A program made the position numbers and the translations under genes. Under the pieces are notes generated by a model. The model did not search any database. It had not been told where the DNA came from and saw only the letters and a program-made list of their open reading frames with translations. From the NCBI GenBank assembly GCA_050740915.1, contig JBOIEG010001140.1, forward strand, positions 1-35,994: a stretch of DNA of 35,994 nucleotides, in the 5' to 3' direction. The DNA is from Gammaproteobacteria bacterium. Lineage in GTDB: Bacteria > Pseudomonadota > Gammaproteobacteria > JBOHHR01. Shown in pieces: positions 1 to 5,869 of this stretch (within the stretch, counting starts at the first letter, position 1; each line of letters starts with the position of its first letter).

Positions 1-176
1 CGACCAAGCTATCGCGTTTCTCGGCGCTAACGCTCAGCGCGCACACCCCACACGCGACACCCAAACCGGACGCCTGCAACTGGGCTTAGAACCCGTTTTC
101 GGTGGGCCTTAAGTACCTAACCTATGAAGCCTTACTACTACGGTCGATCGTAATCAAACGCAAAGAGGATTGTCAG

Positions 177-422
177 ATGAAGAAAACTAGTCTAATCGTT
201 GGTACTGCAATATACGCGGCTCTCACTGCTGGCCCGGTGTTGGCGGAGGGGGTTGATTTCGGTGCCCCAAGCCAGATGTCCAATGCAGACCTTGACTCCG
301 TATACGGCGGCGGTGGCCCAGGCGTCGGCCCCGGTGGCCCGGGTGGCGGCCCCGGCGTCGGCCCCGGCGGTCCCGGCGTCGGCCCCGGCGGTCCCGGCGG
401 TCCCGGCTGCGGCGGTCACTAA
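177..422 (+). CDS. Small secreted Gly/Pro-rich precursor peptide (81 aa): Sec-type signal peptide, double-glycine-type leader, GPG-repeat core ending CGGH
   Basis: ATG 177 is preceded by AGAGGA (164-169, 7-nt spacer). MKKTSLIVGTAIYAALTAGPVLA/EG has signal-peptide n/h/c layout. MSNADLDSVYGG fits the LSxxELxxIxGG leader consensus. The rest is GPGVGPGGPG-type repeats. A GC hairpin follows the stop. The ORF-track start at 102 (GTG) has no comparable RBS. Confidence 0.6.
   Translation: MKKTSLIVGTAIYAALTAGPVLAEGVDFGAPSQMSNADLDSVYGGGGPGVGPGGPGGGPGVGPGGPGVGPGGPGGPGCGGH
321..395. repeat. Tandem 21-bp coding repeat (GVGPGGP unit); two perfect copies at 354-374 and 375-395, one degenerate copy at 321-341
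   Basis: ggcgtcggccccggcggtccc occurs twice back to back. 321-341 is ggcgtcggccccggtggcccg. Confidence 0.85.
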
Positions 423-443
423 AACAGAGACCTATTAGCAACA

Positions 444-467
444 GGGGCGGCCGCGGGCCGCCCCTTT
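444..467 (+). terminator. Probable intrinsic terminator/attenuator after the peptide gene
   Basis: Perfect 9-bp GC stem ggggcggcc (444-452) / ggccgcccc (456-464), 3-nt loop, followed by ttt (465-467). The U-tract is short. Confidence 0.5.
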
Positions 468-853
468 CCCTATCGAAGGCCCTGGAGCGAATTAGAGCGA
501 ATTCATAGCATCGTTTTCGAAAAATGGAAAAATGAATCAGGAGATATCGGATGGAGCATAAAAACGTTAGCGCGGTGACCCGTCGATTCAAACAGGCCTC
601 CTGCGAGGGGGTATTGAATGCCTTGGGCAAGGCCGTACGGTTTTGCCATCGGGCACCAGAGATCACGCCTTATCGACTGTCACTCGGCCTTATAGAGGTA
701 ATTGGCGCCACACGCGTGGAGACGATCGCCGATGCGCACCGCACCCACCGTGGCAAATATGGCCCACTTGCTGAGCGGCTTACCGCGCTAGCTGTGGTGT
801 CTATGGCGGGTTCGCGCTTGCCTCGTCTAAGGAGATGTCGCCCGACTTCATTC

Positions 854-1462
854 ATGCGCACTTGGACCCTTGTTGCCCTGCTACTCAGTGTCGCGGCCGG
901 GGCGCCCGTGCTGGCCGTTGAGAGGAGGCCCGTCAAATCGCTCCTGGAAATGCGGCACGATCGAGTGGTGGTTCAGAAGTGGGACTCAAGTTGCGGCGCT
1001 GCGGCGCTTGCCACTGTACTGAGCTACCAGCATTGCGATCCAGTTTCGGAGGGGGCGATTGCGAGTGCGCTGATCCAGCGCCAGGAATACCTTGCCAATC
1101 CTTTGCGGGTGCGGGAAGGTTTCTCTCTGCTCGACCTCAAGCGCTACGTCAATAAGCGGGGTTATTAGGGGATCGGCTACGCTCGGCTTACGCTACAGGA
1201 CCTGATCGAGCGCGCCCCGATCATAGTGCCGCTGAATTTGCACGGCTACAATCACTTTGTCGTGTTCCGTGGTAGACGCGGGGATCGAGTGCTGCTTGCG
1301 GACCCCGCCTGGGGGAACCGCACCATGTGGGCAGAGAGGTTCGAGGATGCCTGGACTGACTACCCTCGGTTCGGGAGGATAGGCTTCGTGGTAGCAGGGC
1401 GTGACGGGATCATGCCGCCTAATCGCCTTGTCCCCCACGCGAGCGATTTCTTGATTTGGTAG
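854..1462 (+). pseudogene. Stand-alone peptidase C39-like cysteine protease with its own signal peptide, interrupted by an in-frame TAG at 1166-1168
   Basis: ORFs 551..1168 and 1226..1462 are in the same frame. Read-through gives KRGY*GIGYARLTLQDLIERAPIIVPLNLHGYNHFVVFRG. Cys box DSSCGAAALATVLSYQ lies upstream of the stop; His/Asp box NHFVVFRG...VLLADPAWG lies downstream. MRTWTLVALLLSVAAGAPVLA at 854 looks like a signal peptide. No ABC transporter domain is fused. Confidence 0.75.
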
Positions 1463-1565
1463 TGAGATAAGCCACCCGTCGCAACCAGAGCGTGTTTGAA
1501 CACCTCGCGTGTGCAGGCAGAACACGGTGCGGAAGGGCGAAAAGCGGAGCTTACGAAAGGTGTAA

Positions 1566-2833
1566 ATGAGCATGGCCGTCATCCCGAGCGCAGCAGTCTT
1601 CCCAGAAAGGACACCAATGCCACCACCCAAGCCCTTGATCTGGCGAAAGCAAGCCACGGCTGTGGCCGCCTCGCTCGCTCTTGTAGGACTCGTCATGGCC
1701 GAGCCCCGGAGGGGGCAGACAGTTCCGGATCCTCACCCAACGATTGCGCAACTGCTGCGAAGGTTCGAGGAGCGCGATGCCCGCATTGTGGATCTGCAGC
1801 AGCGCGTTGCAGCGCTTGAGCAGCGAATCGCCACACCGGCCAGCCGGGTACCGCCAGCTAACGCGCCACCGCTGGCCTCATCGGCCGAGCAGGTGCCCTC
1901 GACCCCGGCCGAAGGGGCGCCAACGGTTAAGAGCGGTGCAGCACAGGCGGCGCCTGGCCAAATCGAGGCCGACGAGGAGGTGGCCGAGCGCGCTCTGGAG
2001 CGGACCCTGGTGGGACGGGCGCACTGCTTCTGCCCTTTGGGAAGGCCGAAATCCAGCCTAGCTTCGCCTATATCCGAAGCCAGCAAGATGCCCCTGCAGC
2101 GATGTTGTTCTTCGAGAGCGGGAGGCCGTTTATCGGATCCCAAGAGGTTCGTAGCAATAGCTTAAACGGCAACCTCTTTCTGCGCTTTGGTCTCCCCTTG
2201 GACTCGCAACTGGAGATCGGCATTCCTTATCGATATGTTGAGCAGGCCGTGGTCACAAAAGTCGGTTTTGACGCACGTGCCGAGACGGAGAGTCATGGCT
2301 CGGGATTCGGTGATCTCCGTTTTGGCCTAGCCAAGGGGCTACTGCGCGAGCGCAACTGGTGGCCGGATCTCATCGGTAGGGTGACATGGGATATGGACTC
2401 TGGCGCAACCTTCGATGACGGTGTTTCTCTTGGCGGCGGCTTCAATGAGCTTCAGGGATCGCTAACTACGATCAAACGCCAAGACCCGCTCGCGTTCATC
2501 GGCACCGCCTCCTACGGAACCACCTTGGAAAAGGACGACATCAATCCGGGCGACACGCTTGGCTTCTCGGTCGGGGCGCTGCTGGCCGCCAGTCCTGAGA
2601 CCTCGCTGCGCGTTATTCTCAATCAGACCTTCGTCAACGAGCTGGAGGTCGGCGATGGGGCCATCAGCGGATCCGATCAGGTGTTTGGAACGATGGACTT
2701 TGGGGTCTCCTCAATTATCGGCCGCGGGAAGTTTCTCGATCTCACGGTCGGGATGGGTTTGACCGATGAGGCCCCGGATTACTCAGTAGGGATTTCTCTA
2801 GCGGTGCGCTTCGACATTCCCACCCGCTTCTAG
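1566..2833 (+). pseudogene. Outer-membrane beta-barrel protein (signal peptide, coiled-coil/Pro-rich N-region, barrel resembling the MetA-pathway/transporter OMP family), frameshifted near 2010-2022
   Basis: ORF 1566..2165 (…EVAERALERTLVGR) continues in the frame of ORF 2102..2833 as GALLLPFGKAEIQPSFAYIRSQQDAPAAMLFFESGR. The barrel part has alternating hydrophobic strands and ends ...AVRFDIPTRF (C-terminal Phe). Alternative start ATG 1617 (AAAGGA RBS). Confidence 0.65.
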
Positions 2834-2860
2834 CATCCCTCCGTTTAGCCGCACACCTAG

Positions 2861-3096
2861 GTGGAAGACTATCCGGGAACCCTTGCTCAGTTCGAGGAAC
2901 GATTCGCCACCGATGGGGCCTGCCGAGCGTACATGGCTCGGTTGCGCTGGCGCGAGGTTACCGTTGCCGCAAATGCGGGACCATGCGCAGTTGGGTGACG
3001 AAGGAGGGCCTCATGAAGTGCGTCCAGTAGGTCCCACTACCTTCGCGCAACTCGTCACTAGGTCCGAACACAATCTGTAGGGACAGGTCCAGTTAA
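2861..3096 (+). mobile_element. Degenerate N-terminal remnant of an IS1595-family (ISXO2-like) transposase
   Basis: VEDYPGTLAQFEERFATDGACRAYMARLRWRE, then (1-nt shift at about 2956) GYRCRKCGTMRSWVTKEGLMKCVQ, then TAG 3028-3030, then VPLPSRNSSLGPNTICRDR. This matches the zinc-ribbon N-terminus typical of IS1595 transposases (…TLxEFxxRFxTEEACxxYLxxxRWPxGFxCPxCG…). The family pattern is recalled, not searched. Confidence 0.5.
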
Positions 3097-3351
3097 GTAA
3101 ATACCCCTCTGGGGTTAAATGAGGTTGGAATGGACCGAACCTGCCGCCACGCAGTGCAAGGAATCCATGACTACACTCCGAAGTTCAGCGCTTTCCACGC
3201 CACATTCACCGACCGGGTTACTGGTTATTTAAGGTGAACCCGACAATTAAATGTCAAGTTGACTTCCACTAAGAGCCTTCTTGTACGGACAATGCCCGTA
3301 CGCTATCATAGGACGGTAGCTTGGAGGAGAGATAGTTCCATAAGCACGTCT

Positions 3352-3576
3352 ATGACAACGCGAAGCGAGCGCATCGAGTTGCGAGCAACCCCCGAGGAGA
3401 AGTCGCTGCTCGCCCGAGCGGCAGCCTACGAGCGGCTCGATCTGACCTCCTTCGTGATGAGATCCGTGTTGCCAGCGGCTGAAAAGATCGTTCGCCGGGC
3501 GGAACGTATCTCCCTCAGCGAGCGTGACACGAAGCGCGTCCTTGATCTCCACCAAAGCCAACGGAGAAGCTCCTGA
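3352..3576 (+). CDS. DUF1778 (TacA/AtaR/KacA-type, RHH) antitoxin, C-terminus altered by a 1-nt frameshift
   Basis: MTTRSERIELRATPEEKSLLARAAAYERLDLTSFVMRSVLPAAEKIV is typical DUF1778. After ...RVLDL the family-typical tail PPKPTEKLLRAARARRAR* sits in another frame (3549-3605). Confidence 0.75.
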   Translation: MTTRSERIELRATPEEKSLLARAAAYERLDLTSFVMRSVLPAAEKIVRRAERISLSERDTKRVLDLHQSQRRSS

Positions 3577-3604
3577 GGGCCGCCCGAGCGCGACGCGCGC
3601 GCTG

Positions 3605-4132
3605 ATGCTGAGCCACGACTGGCGCGAGGAGCCGATCTCGCGTCAGCATGAGCGCCGAGCCTTTGACTGCGGTGTCCTCGAGCTTAACGAATACCTCCAG
3701 CGCTATGCCAGGCAGAATCACGAGAGCGGAGGAGTGAAAACCTTTGTCGCCGTTTCCCGCAGCGATCCCAAGCGGGTCCTTGGTTGTTACACACTGAGCC
3801 CAGGGGCGATCGAGTTCGCCCAAGTACCCCAAGTCGTGCGCAAGGGTCTGGGCCAGTATGAGGTGCCGGTGTTTCGGCTCGCGCGCCTCGCGGTCGATAA
3901 GTCTGCCCAAGGCCAAGGGCTGGGAAGCCAACTCTTGCTGAGCGCTGGCGAACGGTGTCTCGCCATAGCCGCCGTGGTGGGCGGGATGGCTCTGGCGATT
4001 GACGCCAAGGACGAGCGGGCTGCTCAATGGTATGAAGGATTCGGAGCACTAAAGCTATTCGATTCACCCCGACAACTGGTGTTACCCCTTGCCACTATCG
4101 CGGCCGCCCTTCAGCGGGGGCGACGCACATGA
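3605..4132 (+). CDS. GNAT-family acetyltransferase toxin (TacT/AtaT/KacT-type)
   Basis: MLSHDWREEPISRQHERRAFDCGVLELNEYLQRYARQNHESGGVKTFVAV..., acetyl-CoA motif AQGQGLGSQLL, C-terminal WYEGFGA. ATG 3605 overlaps the TGA (3603-3605) of the frame-restored antitoxin. Confidence 0.8.
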   Translation: MLSHDWREEPISRQHERRAFDCGVLELNEYLQRYARQNHESGGVKTFVAVSRSDPKRVLGCYTLSPGAIEFAQVPQVVRKGLGQYEVPVFRLARLAVDKSAQGQGLGSQLLLSAGERCLAIAAVVGGMALAIDAKDERAAQWYEGFGALKLFDSPRQLVLPLATIAAALQRGRRT

Positions 4133-4270
4133 GGGGGGTCACCAAGCAACACCCCCCAGGCAAGGCGCAGCGGCGCCGGAATAGCCCACCACTCCCTATT
4201 TCAAGCTGCTGCAACACGCCGCCTCCGCTCCCGCCGGGCAAGCCGCCGCGCCGCCATCGGTTGTTGCGGG

Positions 4271-4289
4271 TGCGACAATTTGTCGCATT
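4271..4289. promoter_or_regulatory. Candidate operator: 17-bp palindrome TGCGACAA-T-TTGTCGCA (copy 1 of a 19-bp element shared with 6655-6673)
   Basis: tgcgacaatttgtcgcatt is identical at 4271-4289 and 6655-6673. It has 8-bp perfect arms. It lies 21 bp upstream of a TATACT hexamer (4310-4315) and upstream of the aminotransferase-remnant/MbtH unit. Confidence 0.45.
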
Positions 4290-4324
4290 CCCTTTTGGGC
4301 CGTTATCTTTATACTGGACGCTCA

Positions 4325-5085
4325 ATGAACGAGTCAAAAAACGCAGCGGCGGTCCGTTCGGAAGGATGCATGCGCCGTGACGGCGATCCGCTCACTACAA
4401 GCGGTTTGGGTTGTCTGCGGGAAGATAGCGCTGACATCTTTCTCACGCGCCAATGCCGCGTTGAGTCCAACGCGCGTAGCTACCCGAGGCGGATCCCGAC
4501 CGCGTTACGTAGCGCTAAGGGAATTCTCGTCACCGATACCGAGGGCCGGACGTATATCGATTGCCTGGCCGGCGCCGGGGCACTGGCGCTCGGCCACGCG
4601 CAACCCGTCGTCGTCGAGGCCGTACAACAAGCGCTGAAAGAGTGCGTTCCCTGGCAAACCTTGGACCTCACTACTCCTATCAAGCACGAGCTCATGCAAG
4701 AGTTGCTTGCCAGCCTGCCCGGCAGCTTCGCATCGTGCGCTAAGATCCTGTTGTGCGCGCCCTCGGGCGCAGACGCGGTGGAGGCGGCATTAAAACTGGT
4801 CAAGACCGCAACCGGACGCCGGACGATGTGCGCGGCAAGGGGCTGATGGTTGGCGTTGAAATCGTGGATCGGGAGCACTGGGTATCCGGTCAGTTTGCGC
4901 CTCCGGCTAGCGCCGAGATGGCCAGGCGTATCCAGCGTCAGGCCTTGCGCTTCGGCCTCATTTTGGAGGCAGGCGGTCGATTCAACAGCGTGCTGCGCTT
5001 TTTGCCGCCGCTCATCGTGACTGCGGCGAATGTCGATGAGATCCTCGCGCGATTTACTGCCGCGGTGCGAGCCGCAGAAACCTAG
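4325..5085 (+). pseudogene. PvdH/EctB-like diaminobutyrate-2-oxoglutarate aminotransferase remnant (N-terminal ~165 aa joined out of frame to C-terminal ~88 aa; PLP-Lys region missing)
   Basis: N part: ESNARSYPRRIPTALRSAKGILVTDTEGRTYIDCLAGAGALALGH...DAVEAALKLVKTATGRR. C part (other frame): DVRGKGLMVGVEIVD...[29 protein letters not shown]. The junction at about 4812-4825 carries ccggacg twice in tandem. Alternative start ATG 4370. Confidence 0.7.
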
Positions 5086-5116
5086 ACCAAGATGCAAACA
5101 CACATGGGAGGTTCCT

Positions 5117-5350
5117 ATGTCCTGGGACGATGATGACGACACTACGATCTACCACGTCGTGGCCAACCACGAAGAGCAATACTCGATCTGGCCCGAGTAC
5201 AAGAAGATCCCGAACGGCTGGCGGGCCGTAGGCAAGACAGGGCCCAAGGCCGAGTGCTTAGCCTACATCAACGAGGTATGGACCGATATGCGTCCCCTCA
5301 GCTTGCGCAAGGCAATGGAAGCTGAGCAGGAGGCGCAAGAAAAAGGCTGA
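5117..5350 (+). CDS. MbtH-like protein
   Basis: [63 protein letters not shown] carries the conserved W..W..W/MbtH signature. GGGAGG at 5106-5111 lies 5 nt before the ATG. Confidence 0.9.
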   Translation: MSWDDDDDTTIYHVVANHEEQYSIWPEYKKIPNGWRAVGKTGPKAECLAYINEVWTDMRPLSLRKAMEAEQEAQEKG

Positions 5351-5358
5351 TCCTGATC

Positions 5359-5869
5359 TTGCTGGCGCTTGCGCCGCGAATGCAGCGTTGGCGATATATC
5401 GTGCGGCCAACCGGGCCGCGCTTGCCCTCCTTGCGGTCCTCGTGTTGGGTGGGGCTTGCGATCGGTGTCGCGCTGCGCCTTTCTCTGCCAAAGCTGGACG
5501 GCACTATCGAGTTGCCTGGATTGTACGCCTTGAGCACCGCGCGCGGTTCCGATGGTAGCTTGAAACTCGACTAGCAGGACGGTGCTCTTTGCGATCGCCT
5601 GATTAACGCCCTAGCTGCCGGGCTGTGTGCAACGCGTGCGGCTTGCCGACGGCGCCATAGGCGCGAGCGAACGCCTGGTAGTTTCCCCGGGCCGCGAGGC
5701 AGCTGGCAGCTTGCACATCGCGGGCGGGCAATCTGGCCACCCGCTGTCGCCCTACTGTCGAGACCAGCAGACACATTGGCTGCGAGAGAATGCATCCCCG
5801 TTTCTTGCCGGCGTCGCTCGGCACCGCTTGAGACTCATGCCGAAAAATCCCCGGCTACCATCCATTTGA
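5359..5869 (+). pseudogene. Penicillin-amidase/PvdQ-like (Ntn hydrolase, S45) acylase remnant: only N-terminal and C-terminal ends remain
   Basis: N end: ...RLSLPKLDGTIELPGL (the family-typical SLPxLDGTxxLPGL after a signal anchor, itself frameshifted). C end: GASERLVVSPG...GGQSGHPLSPYCRDQQTHWLRENASPF...HRLRLMP (typical GQSGxPxSPHYxDQ tail). About 0.5 kb remains. Confidence 0.6.

Noticed and set aside
86-114. TTAGAA-N17-TTAAGT as the promoter of the peptide gene
   Set aside because: Both hexamers match the consensus poorly (the -10 matches 3/6). There is not enough support to list it as a feature.
321-416. A possible CRISPR-like array, because of the short GC-rich direct repeats
   Set aside because: The repeats are contiguous 21-bp coding units with no spacers, and they lie inside an ORF.
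192-666. ORFs 192..419(-), 199..438(+) and 223..666(-) overlapping the Gly-rich peptide gene
   Set aside because: They are alternative-frame or antisense readings of the GGN/CCN repeat (Ala/Arg/Pro-rich low-complexity translations). They have no RBS, signal or family resemblance, whereas the 177..422 frame has an SD, a signal peptide and a leader motif.
1193-1696. 167-aa minus-strand ORF spanning the end of the C39 gene and the start of the OMP gene
   Set aside because: It is antisense to two recognisable + strand genes. Its translation has no recognisable features. This is a typical high-GC antisense ORF.
2883-3080. ORF 2883..3080 as a genuine 65-aa gene
   Set aside because: Its frame is a mixture. 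The recognisable IS1595 zinc-ribbon sequence lies in the two other frames, so the ORF is a by-product of the decayed transposase.
3241-3258. cgacaattaaatgtcaag as a third copy of the cluster palindrome
   Set aside because: It shares only cgacaatt with the palindrome. The spacer length differs, and the right arm (tgtca) breaks the symmetry. It is probably coincidental.
4133-4157. G6-N13-C6 hairpin right after the toxin stop, considered as an intrinsic terminator
   Set aside because: The stem is only 6 bp, the loop is 13 nt, and there is no downstream T-tract.
4129-4380. Pro/Arg-rich ORF 4129..4380(+) and ORF 4095..4337(-) between the toxin gene and the aminotransferase remnant
   Set aside because: Low-complexity translations with no RBS. 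The region is better explained as intergenic/promoter DNA containing the palindromic element.
4480-5142. 220-aa minus-strand ORF across the aminotransferase remnant
   Set aside because: It is antisense to clearly PvdH-like sequence on the + strand and has no family resemblance.
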